Positions 51,101-64,000 of a stretch of DNA of 64,000 nucleotides are shown here, one piece after another (position 1 is the first letter of the stretch; each line of letters opens with the position of its first letter). The DNA comes from Cenococcum geophilum (Eukaryota). Position numbers and translations under genes: made by a program. The notes under the pieces were generated by a model. It was not told the origin of the DNA, ran no database searches, and worked only from the letters and a program-made list of their open reading frames with translations. The stretch lies in the NCBI GenBank assembly GCA_050273025.1, contig CP158635.1, positions 31,248,001 to 31,312,000 of the forward strand, in the 5' to 3' direction.

Positions 51101-54051
51101 AATATTATCTCTGCATTTAACCGCCTCTATGTAGCAAAAGAAGATAAATAGCTTACTAAATTTCGTACTTAGCATAGATTATTTAAATACTTAGTAATGC
51201 TATTTAATATAAATAATACCCTGCGTCCCTATCTGGATATCTTCTATACTGCTTATATTAACGACATCTTAATATATAGTAATAACCTAACTTAATATTG
51301 GAAATATGTTAACCTTATCCTATAAGCCCTGCATAAAGCTAGTTTATAATTAGATATAGATAAATACAAGTTCTATAAAACGGAAGTCCTATACCTTAGA
51401 CTCCTTATTTTTTTATAAATAGTATATAAATAGACCTAAAGAAAGTTAAAGCAATTGTAAACTGGCAAGAATTTAAGAACGTTAAAGATATAAGAGCCTT
51501 TATAGGATTTGCCAATTTCTACTAACGGTTTATTAATAACTTCTCCGCCTTAGTCTTACCCCTTATTACTCTAACCTAAAAGGATAAAGCTTTTATCTTT
51601 GACAAGGGGTGTAAGAAGGCCTTTACTTACCTAAAGGTTATATTTACTACTACACCTATACTCTAATACTTTAACCTAGAATAAATAAGTGTTATAGAAG
51701 CCGACTTATCTAATTACGTTACTAGAGGTATTCTGTCTTAATATAACAAAGAAGGAGTATTATACCCTATAGTATACTTCTTAAAGCAACTAAGCCCTAC
51801 TAAATATAATTACGAGATCTACGATAAAGAATTGCTAGCTATTATTAGATGCTTTAAGCAATGGCGACCTAAACTAAAAGGCGCTAGATTTCTAATTAAG
51901 GTCCTTAACGACCATAAGAATTTATAGTACTTTACAACCATAAAACAGCTAAGCTATTATTAGGCCCGCCAGTTAGAATATCTATTCCATTTCCAATTCT
52001 TAATTATATACTATCTAGGCGTTTAAGGTTAGAAGCCTAATACTCTAACCTAATATTTGCAGGACGCGCCAGCACTAGAAGAAGCGCGCTCTTACTAAAA
52101 CCAGACCCTACTTCGTCCTAAACTATTTAACCCTTCTGCTAAGGACCTTATAGTACACTTCCTTAAAATAACTAATTAATTAATTAAATAGATTATAATT
52201 AATAAATACCCAAACAACGAGTTTATCTAAGAGACGCTTAAGCTAATTTATAATGGTGTTAGACACTCTAAGAAGATCTCTTTAAGTAAATATAAAGCTT
52301 GCGGAAACCGCTTATATTACCAAAACCGTCTAGTTATCCCTAATTACGATAAACTTAAGCTTAAGCTCCTTAGACACGTATATAACCTACTAGTAGCCGG
52401 CCACCTAGGCTAAGGAAAAACCCTAAAGCTACTCTAATAGGAGTACTACTGGCCGAATATATATAATATAACATAAAGGTACGTCTCTAGCTACTATATC
52501 TACCGACGAGCTAAAGCTTTATATAAGACGTATAATGGCCTTCTAAAGCCACTACCTATTCCGGACTAAAGATAGAAGGATATCTTAATTAACTTTGTTA
52601 TTAATCTCCTCATAAGTAAAGGCTATATAAATATTATAGTAGTTATAGACCGACTATCTAAAATAAGACACTTAATCGCCTACCCTAATATGTTAACACC
52701 TATTATTACCTAACTGTTTCTGGATTATATATAAAAACTTTATAAACTTCCTAAAACAATTATCTCTAACAGAGGTAGCTAGTTTATCTTTGTATTTTAG
52801 AAAAAACTAACTACCTAACTCCGCATTAAAGCACTATTAGCTACGGCATACTACCTAGAAATAGATAGTTAAACAGAATGTGTAAATGCTATAATAGAAC
52901 AGTATATTTAGATATACACTTTATACTTATAAAATGACTGGATTAACTAGCTTATATTCATTAAGTTTACTATAAATAATTCTGCCTTAGAAACTATAAA
53001 GGTCTTCCTATTTCTGGCTAACTATAGCTAGCATCTATAAATGGGTTTTAAACCCTTTAGTAATGTTCCTTGCCTTACTTACTACGCCTTATAAGTTGCA
53101 AAAGTAAATAAATTTATAGAGAAGATGGAGGAACTATAATAGTTTCTTGCTGGCGGGATAATATGGGCCCAATCTGTCTATAAAGCCGCAGCGAATAAGA
53201 AACAAACCCTAGCACTAGCTTACTAAATTAATAACTTTGTCTGGCTAGATATAAGAAATCTAAATATAAAACGACCTGCTAAAAAGCTTAATTAGAAGAA
53301 CGCTGGCCCTTATAAGGTTGAAAAGGTTGTCTCCTTTTACGCCTACCGACTAAAGCTCCCTAATACGGTTAAAATCTATCCCGTATTCTATACGTTAGTC
53401 CTCTACCCTACTACCCCTATATTAGACGCCCTACCTAAATAGATATAAGACCCTCCCCTACTAGTTAAAGTAGATAGTAAGAACGAGTACTTTATTAAAA
53501 GAATTAATAATATTAAGTACGATAAATAGAAACGCTAATATATATACCTTACGAAATGAAGAGGCTTTACTAAGCCATTATAGGAATCCGTTAACTTTAT
53601 AGGACTTATATAAGCCGCAGAAAACTTTTATAAACTCTACCTAGAACTACTATAGCCCTATTTTGCAGAAGCTTAAGTTTAAAGGGGGGGTGCTATTATA
53701 GGATACCCCCGTAACACCTTATACACGTCTACCTATTTCTACTAACTTAGCAACTAAAGACTAACTATAAGATAGCAATTTGTGGCAATCTAACGGCAAT
53801 CTGCTATATTTTGCTAGATTCTGCTAAGTTTTACTAAATCCTACTAAGTTCTACCAGGACTACTACCTAAATCCTATTCTGCTTTATATATATATTGACT
53901 AAGCAACTAAGCTAACGATATATACCCTTTCTCCCTATTTTCCTACCTTCTCTCCTTACGTAACGTCTTAACTTCTTACATAGTTTATGTATATAGCTTA
54001 ATAATATCCACTTTGCTATATATTATCGCCGCTTATACTTACTCCGTAACA
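48144..54051 (+). mobile_element. Full-length Gypsy chromovirus, RIP-inactivated
   Basis: 358-bp LTRs at 48144-48501 and 53694-54051, TSD GCYGT, PPT AAAGGGGGGG. RT motifs LRFCINY*ALNAIT and YINDILIYS, then RNase H, integrase, and a chromodomain relic at about 53480-53640. Confidence 0.95.
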
Positions 54052-54835
54052 GCCGTCTATAATATTCGCACCACCTACTTAGCCGTCTACTATATCTATA
54101 TCGCCCCTACTAGCGCAGGCATAAGCTAATTCTTAACTATCTCTTCTATTTATCTTTAACCTATAGGCGCCGCTAAAGATATAATAAATGCTTTAAGGCG
54201 GTAATTTAGCCTTTTAGCTTTAGATTAAGTAGACTTTAGGGCTAGCGGGTAGGCCGTTAATTAAAGCTCTTAATCGCTACTAGGGGGCACGCTAGTGGGT
54301 TAATAGCAAGGCTATATTCTATAGCCGTCGCTATAGGATTATTAAGGATATAAGACGGCGCATAAAAGACGGTATAGTAAGAGATAAGAGATAGGCTATT
54401 AACCAGCTAAAACAGCTACGAGGCCAGTATTCTTTAAATTGGCTTTATAAGAATATCTAGGCTAGGGGAGGCTCCCTTTTAAGTAGTAAATAATACCTAT
54501 TTTACTATAGTAACCAAGACGCCTTAATATAGGACTATACTAGTAACCGAGATATCTTAATATAGGACTATACTATAGTAACTAAGATGCCTTAATATAT
54601 AACTATACTGCAGTAACTAAGACACCTTAATGTAGAACTATACTATAGTAACTAAAACGCCTTAATATATAACTATACTACATTAATCAAGACGCCTTAA
54701 TATAGGACTATACTATAGTAACCAAGACGTCTTAATATAGGACTGCACTATAGTAACTAAAACGCCTTAATGTAGGAATAGAGCCCGTTTAGGTGTTATA
54801 AATTTACAGTAACATTACGCGATCGTCTAGAAGTA

Positions 54836-57800
54836 AACCTTTAAACTAGAAAAGTAACAGTCCGACATCTAAGCGGGCTTAGACCGCCCAGGCCACGCGC
54901 GCTTAGGCCAAATCTTAACGTTGCTACTAAAGGTAAGCCCCTTTCTCGGAAAAGTTAGCAAAATTCTATATACGGCTTAGTTAATGCCTAGAAATACCTA
55001 GTACGCCTTAATATAAGATAGGGCGCGGAGTTAGACTTACTCTAAAAGTATAAGATAATATATCGCATTTTATATATTTTCTAAGAAAAAAAAAATATTT
55101 AGTCCTTTTTCTAGTACTTAATAGACTATTATAATAAAACCTAGCGCTAGGTTTCCAAAGGCATATAATTACTAGTAAAATTAGCTTAAAGCTTCTTTAA
55201 GACCGAAAAGTAATCGTCTAGTAACTGTTTAGTAATAGTTTAGTAGAGGTCTAGATATAATAAAAGTAACTATTCTTAAGGGGTGCTACTAGGAATTTAG
55301 CCTTATCTACTAAATTTTTTAAGAAAATTTTAAAAGCGGGCATACGCCGTAAGCACGAATTTTTTAATATAGTAGATACTAAATCTTATTATAAATTCTA
55401 AATACGCACTTATAATTTATTAGAAAAAAAAAGAGAAAAAACTGTAAAAAAGGTTTATTATTTTATTGCGCTAATTAAGATTATTATTATCCTAAGGCCG
55501 AGATTCCCCTTTAAGTTCTCGGTATTTCCGAGTAATTTAGTAATTACTCTTATATACCTCCACCTTTAAACCTTTTTAATATATAAAAACTTTATTAAAA
55601 CCTAGCAATTTTCCTTAATATTTAGCTCTTGCCCTTATAACATCCTTAGTATTAATTGTTTAACATTTTAACCGAGCTTCTAATACTATTTCCATCTATT
55701 TTATACGCCTATTCTACTTAAAGCTCTTATTAACTATAAAAAAAGTCCTCCTAAAAAGCAGTTTTACTAAAATATATACTATATATTAATATAATAGTCT
55801 ATAAAATAAAGTATAATTAGTAAATATAGGTAGTTCTTTTAATATAAATTAGATATATTAATACCTTTTACTCTAAATAGCCCTTTTTTAAGGTTTTTTA
55901 AGACTCTTTTACTACGCTACAGTATAATTAAGCCTAATATTTTAATGGAATTGGAATACCTTTTACTTTTATAAGTAAAAAGTAGTGCTAATTATAAAAT
56001 AATTAAGAAATATTATTAGTATAACTAATAATTCCGTGCGGCTATATAATATCCTTATTTAAGAACTTTAGTAGTGTTCCGTTTATAGTAATTTCCCTAA
56101 ATAGGTAATAGTTTTCTTAGAGTAGTAGAGAAGATTTAAGGGTATTTAATTAGAAAATTAAGGTTAATACTTAAGGTTAGTTAAAGTGCTAAACGGTATT
56201 AGACTAAAATAGATTTTGTATAAGTTCCGTAAAAGTCTCTTAAAGACCTTGCTACACTAAAGTAAAATCTTTAACAGTCTTAATATTTAAGTTAAAATTA
56301 AATAAATTCTGCCTTTAAATAGTAACCTCTACTTAGAGAGGTAAAGCGCGATTTCTTTCTTAATACAGCTAAGATATATTAGAGGAATTCTTAGAGACTA
56401 AGAGAGTATAAAAGTAGGTCTTAGAGGGACTAAAAAGTAAAGGCATTTTTTAGTATTTTTTAAAGATTATTTAACGGTATAGGTGAATTTTTAGAGGATT
56501 AATATCCTTTATATCGGATTCTTTAAAAAACCGCACCGTTTCTCCTTTATCTTACCTAAAGAAATTAATTATATTTTTCTATTAAGGATATACTCTTATT
56601 ATAGTTATACTAACATTTCCTTATAAATTATAATCTCTTTATATATTCTTTTTTTAGATTAAATAAATTCCTTAGTAAACCTAAGAAGCCGTTTATTTTA
56701 AACGGCAACTATAGTATCTTAAGCTTTATTTCTTGTTAAACCTAAGGTTCCTCCTATACCCTAATTAAGCTATTACTTTTTTCTTTTTAATGGAGCTATA
56801 TTAAGAAAAATAATTACAATAATAGAACTTTTAGAGATTTTATTAAAAATATCTTAAAATTTTAGATATTTAATTTTAGATTTATATAGCAAAAATGGTT
56901 GTATTAACGGTTTTTTCTATAAACGCTAATTATTTTTTAGATTTCTTTGATAAAGGACTTACCCTATACCTTATTTTTACTAAAAACCTTCTAATTATTT
57001 TCCACATATATAAGCCTTAGAAAATTTAAGAATTACTTTCTCTCTTCTTAGAAAATGTCTTATTTCTCTTAAATTAACTCTTTTCTTTTATTATTAGATA
57101 CTAAAACTCCTTTAAATCCTATACAGAAAGCTATAGAAGATGCTGAAATTAACAAGGAACTTAATAAGTAATAAGAGATTTTAGTAGCAGAATTTAATAA
57201 TTCCGTAAAAATTAATAAGTTATTTAAAACTGTATATAAGGCTATAGAGGGTGCATTAGCACCTATAACTTTATTAGGTTATATAGGGTATATTTTTTAT
57301 ATATTCTAAGAATTTAGTTAAAAATACTTATATCTAATAAGATTATTCTAGGCAAATTAAAAAGTATATTTAATTTGTAAAAAAGGAAGCCCTAAAGCTT
57401 AAAAAGTTCGTTAAAAAGCTAAATAAAGATATTCTACTATTAATATACCTATGGATTTAATCTATCTATAAAAAGGCCGAACCTAGCTTATCTTCTTAGT
57501 TACTATAAAAAAGTAAGAATAGAACCTAGTTATATGCGCAAAAAATATATATAGCAGTCTCCTATTTCTATGCTTATGAGGTTTGTCTTAGAAGTAATTA
57601 ATTTTCTAAGAAAAGTAATAGAGAATGGACAGGAAACCTAATACTTTTAGATATTGTGGTAAGATATATAAGAAGTCTATATAGACGAAAGGTATATTTT
57701 CTTTCTCGGTAATACCAATAATTATTTACTATAACTAACGCAATTTTATAGACTTATATAGGAGAAACGCAAGAAAGTATAAATGTAATTACTGTATTAA

Positions 57801-58877
57801 AGCTTTAAGAGCTTTACGAATATAACGCAAATTTTAAATATACTTCTTAGTTATCCTATCTTCCTATAGGTTAAGGAGGACAGATTTAGGGAGGTGTTTA
57901 TTAGCGTATTATAATAAGCCTTATATATACGATAGCTTTTGCCTATTTAATAAGGTTTTGCGTATTAAAGTTTAGTATATTTAAATCCATAACCTTACCA
58001 CTAGAAAGGTTAAACTTACGCTTAATTTTCGGAAAACATATTAAATAGGAGGTAAGATCTTAAAAATTTAAAAGCATACCTAATTTTAACGGCTTTATAG
58101 AAATCTAACCCTTTTTTCTTTACTTTAACTAAGAAGAGCCCTAGCTTAATATACCCGCTCTTTTACTTAAATAGCTAGATATCTTAAAAGTTACGTTAAG
58201 TTACTTATTTAGACTATTTAATGCATTTAACCAGCCAATAGTTAGTAAAAATGTTAAATTAGTAGGTTTTTTATTATTTTATAGAGAGTTTATTATTTTA
58301 ATATTTTATCTAGGCCTCTGGAGTTTTTCTTTAAAATTTTTAATAAAATCTTATTAATATTAGGGAAGATCCGCTTATTTATAGGAGCCACTCCTTTTAA
58401 AGGGGTGGCGTTTAGTATTTTTCTAGCGAAAAACGCTAGGGAATTTGGAAATTATATAGTTGGGGAGGCTAGAGCTTAGAGTTTAATTCTTTAATAATTA
58501 TATGGTATCTTTTCGGTAAAAACAATAATCTAGTTAAATCTCGCGAGGATTATATAAATCCTAAGGCTTAAAAAGGCACCTTATGTCCTTATTATAAAAG
58601 ATTTTATAATTATGCTTAATATATAGTTTTATTAGAATATCTTTATTTAATATAGCTTTATATATATATTTAACGTAAGTAATAGGGTTATAATAGATAG
58701 TATAGCTATAATAGTAAGACCTTACTACCTTTTTAAATAGACTTCCTATCTACCTAATTAAGTATATTACTAGTTCTAAAATTAAAATAATAAAAACCTA
58801 CCTCTATTTTAAATATATATTATATTCTTTAATTAATATCTAATATAGATCCTATATAGGCCTATATAGACTACTCC
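54836..58877 (-). pseudogene. Extremely RIP-degraded transposase-like relic, possibly Plavaka/CMC-type
   Basis: Minus-strand remnants DVIRARAKY*GK..GFNKVFIY (about 55585-55650) and NAIYYLIL (about 55045-55070) resemble my recollection of Plavaka C-terminal motifs. Boundaries are uncertain. Confidence 0.35.
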
Positions 58878-58882
58878 GTATA

Positions 58883-60526
58883 TGTCGGAATATATAGACA
58901 GAGGTTACGTGGTTACAATGTCTCTAATTAGTCATCCTTATGGTGACTCATCAGCCCCCTACTTAGGCACTGCGATCCTTACGATCCTCTGCTTTCCTTA
59001 CCTATTAGATAAGAATCAATTCAACAGTTAATAGGCCAATTAAGTGCACTTAGGTGATACCGATATTGATTAATGGTCAACCTCACCGGTTGGCTATAGA
59101 GCAACAAGGTTCACTGCCGCCCCAGTAGCTTCGTTCAATCGCAAGCAGCATTCTAGTACCTAGCAGCAAAACTAGCACCCAGCAGCTCCGGCAGCATCCA
59201 ACCCCAGCCAGCTTAAAATATCGCGAGATATTCTACAGCACGCAAATCAACACCCAGTACGACCTCTTCACTGAGTGCCAGTACCCCCAGCTTTTCAATA
59301 GCACCCAGCACCCAACAGCCCTCGGGCAGTACCCCAGCAGCTACCTTAGCAGCTACCCCAGCAGTACTACGGCAGCGCTCTAGCCGTATATAGTATACCA
59401 GCTTATACAGCACCCAGCGTCACAGCAACCCAACAGCCTCGCGCAGTATCTAATTACCTAATAGCTTTACGCAGTAACCCAGTATAGCAACATAACTTAG
59501 CAGCAAACCAATATCTAGTACGCGTCTTAGCATATAAATCAACATCCAACAGCCTCGTGTAGTACTCCAGCGTTATAGCAACCTAGTAGCGTCAGCAGCA
59601 TCCAATACCCAACAACCCAGCAGCGTCACAGCAGCATCCCATAACCCAGCAGCGTCAGCAGCACCCAATACCCAACAACCTAGCAGCGTTAGCAGCATCC
59701 CACAACCTAGCAGCATCAGCAGCATCCTATAACCCCGACACCGTCTGCTACCTTCTTTGTAGATCCGCCACGTCGAAAACCACGCCAACAGCACACCCTA
59801 AACGCCAGCGTGCCCCTTTTCCCCCTACGGCCTTTGCAAGCCACGAATACCACGTTAATAGAGTCTATATTGGTGGCTTTACGCATAAAGAAAGAACTGC
59901 TAGAGGAATTAAGATCTGCTAGCACGCGCCTACAACGCCAGCGCGCTCCCTATCCTCTGCCCTCTTAAATCTGCCAGTGTCTACGGCAGCTACGAACCCA
60001 ATAAAATCTTGTGCCGATCTGCCTACAGAACCGACTCTACGCTAGCACCGTACTGCCACATACCATTGATAAACTGATAGCGCCGCTATGCCTGCTATTA
60101 CGATACTGATTGCGCTGATACGCCTGCGATTTACCGACCGAATGATCGTGCCTGTATGCCTACGATCAACCGACCGACTGATAGACAAGCTCTATGCTTA
60201 ACTACTATTACCACCGCCGCTAGTACCGTACTACTACCTAAACAGGCTTTTGCTGCTTCCACCTTCAGCTAAACCGACACCTTGCTGCCTTACTGCCTTG
60301 CTGCCTTCCTGCAGCACCACAAGCATAAAGAAAGAACTGCCAGTGTCGGAATATATGGACAGAGGTTACGTGGTTACAATGTCTCTAATTAGTCATCCTT
60401 ATGGTGACTCATCAGCCCCCTACTTAGGCACTGCAATCCTTACGATTCTCTGCTTTCCTTACCTATTAGACAAGAATTAATTCAACAGTTAATAGGCCAA
60501 TTAAGTGCACTTGGGTGATACCGACA
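58883..60526 (+). mobile_element. Non-autonomous Copia-type LTR element (1644 bp, TRIM-like)
   Basis: 183-bp LTRs at 58883-59065 and 60344-60526, TSD GTATA, PPT AAAGAAAGAACTGCCAG. TTGATTAAT (degenerate CTGATCAGT) follows the 5' LTR. The interior is CAG-rich repeat. Confidence 0.93.
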
Positions 60527-60942
60527 GTATATAAAGAAATTTATATATTTATAAGAAAAAGCCCCTAGTATTATATTTTAAATACTTATACTATAATACC
60601 TTACTAGCCTTTATGACCTAATTGTAATAAAACTATATAAATCGCTACTAATACTTAGCGTTTTAGCTATTATGATAATTAGAGAGCCTATATAAAAGCC
60701 TATAGATTAGATCTTATAAGATATAAGCTCTATACTTTTTAAGTAATCTAATATATTAAAATAGTATTAAATTTATAGATCAGGCTTATATTATTAATTT
60801 ATCTATTTATAGAGTTAGTATCTATATATATAATATAATAATAAGGAGGTAAGTTACTAGCCTTTTATACTATTAAAAGATTAACTTTTAATACTCCTAC
60901 TTAAATTAATAATATAGGTTAATAACTTTTACTTAAATTAAC

Positions 60943-61214
60943 TGTTCGTACCAATTTAATGGCACGAGTGAGTCATATCCCGGGGCACGAAATACGTATA
61001 GTATCGTATGCTCTTTGGGATGGTGGTGACTGTCTCTTGTATTGAAGTAGACTACGTAGTCTATATACTAATGCGTCCTCCCCCTAATTAGTTAGTGCTT
61101 CATAAGTGCACCAGACGCGTAAGCGAGTGGTTGGTGTACCGAACGCGTAAACGCGTACCTGGCGTACCGAACGCGTAGGCACGCGGTTGGTACGACAGGT
61201 GCTGTAATTATACA
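60943..61214. repeat. Solo LTR (272 bp), little RIP
   Basis: TGTTCG...TATACA flanked by TTAAC at 60938-42 and 61215-19. Confidence 0.75.
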
Positions 61215-61899
61215 TTAACTATATAGGAAAGAGAGCTTCTATTTAATCCTTATATAGATTATATAAATAGATAAACTAAGTAAACTATAGGCTTATTAAA
61301 CCTTAAAATAAACTCTTATAAAAAAAGTAAAAAAAGAGTATTTAAGTAGATTTCTTTTTAATAAATAAAATCTAAATATTATAGTTTAACTAATCTTTTG
61401 TAAATTATTATCCACCTATTCTCTATAAATAGATAGTCTCTTAATAGGGCTATATTTTATATCTATTAAAGAATATATATTAAGTACTTATTTTACCTAA
61501 AATAGCTTTTATTAATATTATACTATAGCTTTTTTAACTTTACTTTTAACTTTATATACTTTAATAATTCTTTTACTATTTTTAACCACTATTACTTATT
61601 ATAGGTTTTAGATTATAATATTAGATAATAAAATACTTTTTAGTTTTTTATATAGGGCTAACTACTACCCCTAGAGCCTATAATAGATTAGGTAAATATA
61701 AGTAATACTACTTTACTTTTATCTAATTATTAAGTAAGTATATAAAAGTGTATATACCTATAAATATTTAAATATCTTAAGAGAATTATTTAAAAAGAAT
61801 TAACCCCTACTAGGTAATACTTAAAGACTTAGTTATATAAAAATAAAAATAGAGGGGGGAAAGGTATTATAGTAGATATTATAATAAATATAAAGCTTT

Positions 61900-63405
61900 A
61901 TATAAAGCTTTAAAGGAGCTTTATAAAGAGTATCTAGCAGGGCTTTTAGTAGAGCCTTTAGTAGAGCTCTATATAGGGCTTTATATAAAGCTTTAAGGAA
62001 GCTTTATAAAGAGCATCTAGCGGAGCTTTTAGCAGAGCCTTTAGTAGAGCTCTATATAGAGCTTCGGTAGAGCTCTATACGGAGTTTTAGCAGAGCTTCA
62101 TGCCGAGCTTTTAGCAGAGCCTTTAGTAGAGCTCTATGTAAAGCTTTGTATAGAGCTTTATACAGAGCTTCTAGTAGAGCCTTTAGTAGAGCTTTATACA
62201 GAGCTTCGGTAGAGCTTTATATAGAGCTTTAGTAGAGCTCTATACAGAGCTTCGGTAAAGCTCTATACAGAGTCTTAGTAGAGCTTCGTACCGAGCTTCT
62301 GGCAGTAGAGCTCTATGTAAAGCTTTATGCAGAGCTTTATGCAGAGCTTTTGGCTAAGCCTTTAGTAGAGCTCCGTATAGAGCTTTAGTAGAGCTCTATG
62401 TAGAGCTTCGGTAGAGCCCTATATAGAGCTTTAGTAGAGCTCTATGTAGAGCTTTAGTAGAGCTCTATGCAGAGCTTCGGTAGAGCTCTATGCAGAGCTT
62501 CGGTAGAGCTCTATATAAAGTCTTAGTAGAGCTTCGTGCCGAGCTTCTAGTAGAGCCTTTAGTAGAGCTCTGTGTAGAGCTCTATGCAGAGCTTTAGTAG
62601 AGCTCTATACAAAGTCTTAGTAGAGCTTCGTGCTAAGCTTCTAGTAGAGCCTTTAGTAGAGCTCCGTGCAGAGCTTTATGTAGAGCTTTAAGGGAGCTTC
62701 GTAGAGAGCATTTAGCAGAGCTTTGTATAGAGCTTTTAGTAGAGCCTTTAGTAGAGCTTCGTGTAGAGCTTCGGTAGAGCTCTATATAGATCTTTAGTAG
62801 AGCTCTATGTAGAGCTTCGGTAGAGCTCTATATAAAGTCTTAGTAGAGCTTCGTGCCGAGCTTCTAGTAGAGCCTTTGGTAGAGCTCCGTGTAAAGCTTT
62901 ATATAAAGCTTTAAGGGAGCTTCGTAAAGAGCATCTAGTAGAGCTTTATATAGAGCTTCTAGTAGAGCCTTTAGTAGAGCTCTATATAGAGCTTCGGTAG
63001 AGCTCTATACAGAGCTTCGGTAGAGCTCTATATAGAGCTTCGGTAGAGCTCTATACAGAGCTTCGGTAGAGCTCTATATAGAGCTTCGGTAGAGCTCTAT
63101 ATAGAGCTTCGGTAGAGCTCTATATAGAGTCTTAGTAAAGCTTTATACCGAGCTTCTAGCAGAGCCTTTAGTAGAGCTCTATGCAGAGCTTTATGTAGAG
63201 CTTTAAGGGAGCTTTATAGAGAGTATCTGGCAGAGCTTCGTACAGAGCCTCTAGTAGAGCCTTTAGTAGAGCTCTATATAGAGCTTTAGTAGAGCTCTAT
63301 ACGGAGCTTCGGTAGAGCTTTAAGGGAGCTTCATAGGGAGCCTCTAGGAGCTTTATATAGAGCTTTTTAGCAGTGCTTTTTAGCAGAGCCTTTAGTAGAG
63401 CCTGT
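61900..63405. repeat. 1.5-kb minisatellite of 11/12-bp AGAGCT-core units (for example AGAGCTTCGGT-AGAGCTCTATAT)
   Basis: Continuous degenerate tandem array with higher-order blocks. Confidence 0.95.
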
Positions 63406-64000
63406 TCCGACTAATACCGGTATATATGATGTTCTAGAACATTTCTGCCTCATTCTAAAACAAGTCGTCCTTGTTCCAAAATGAGTCGTATATTGCTTTA
63501 ATCGGCTTTATTCCAGATTACTTGCCTTATTCTAGAAAAGATCTTGCCTTATTCTGGAAAAGATTTAAAGCTATATTAAGATTTGATAGAGCTTTTTTAA
63601 CTTCTTAATAAATATATAGATTTTGCCTATTTCTTAATAATTATAAATAAGGACCAATATATAATTAATTTAATTTTGGCTGCAAAATAAGTGGTTATAT
63701 ATCTTAGATATTATAATCTATTATTTAGTAGAGTATAGTCGCGATATCTAGTATAAAAATATAAGATTTTAATTTTCTAATGAGATTTTCTATTGCTTTA
63801 GAGATTAAATTTTACTACCCCCCCCCCCAAACCACCACAACACTATTAGATTCTATCTAAACTAGATTACGCTGCGATTTATAGGTGTATTTAAAGGCCT
63901 TTCCACGTTATAGGTATAGTCTATAAGTAGTAGAAACCAATTAGGTAGGGGGTAGTTAATTATGTTCCCCAACACCAAAATTTGCAAATTGTATAAAGTT

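Larger units (their letters stand above)
37822..54835 (+). mobile_element. Crypton copy B, head-to-tail with copy A, carrying four nested insertions
   Basis: Homology to A starts at 37822 (equivalent to 33011) and ends at GTCTAGAAGTA 54835 (equivalent to 37649). Confidence 0.85.

Noticed and set aside
20461..54835. Starship captain recombinase
   Set aside because: The recombinase relics show Crypton-type motifs with a GCR1_C-like tail in 3-4 kb units. No DUF3435-type features or cargo were recognised.
59213..60480. Short ORFs within the 58883 LTR element
   Set aside because: They come from low-complexity CAG-rich repeats or LTR sequence and show no recognisable domain.
63815..63957. Possible MITE with CTACCCCC/GGGGGTAG ends
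   Set aside because: The inverted match is short and low-complexity, with no convincing TSD.

Overview
This is a 64-kb block of a filamentous-ascomycete genome: an AT-rich transposon graveyard mutated by RIP (visible TpA excess, CpA/TpG depletion, and TGG/CAA/CAG codons turned into stops). It holds one apparently intact host gene, a 4-exon HET-domain gene on the minus strand (17367-19671, about 695 aa). Most of the rest resolves into nested elements, most boundaries fixed by TSDs, TIRs or LTR pairs. These are three chromodomain Gypsy elements, one full-length GalEa-type Copia, three short non-autonomous LTR elements, several solo LTRs, three Crypton (tyrosine-recombinase) copies (two head-to-tail), two Tc1/IS630-type transposons (one with a second convergent ORF), a CMC-like non-autonomous element, a probable Plavaka-like relic with a 1.5-kb minisatellite, and several MITEs/foldbacks. 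Most short ORFs in the supplied track are spurious or RIP fragments. The most unusual items are the HET gene with almost no native flanking DNA, a non-autonomous Copia encoding an in-frame mini-Gag with PQ and RGG expansions, the Crypton tandem, and a Crypton inserted without TSD into a MITE TIR. No clearly novel system can be demonstrated from sequence alone.
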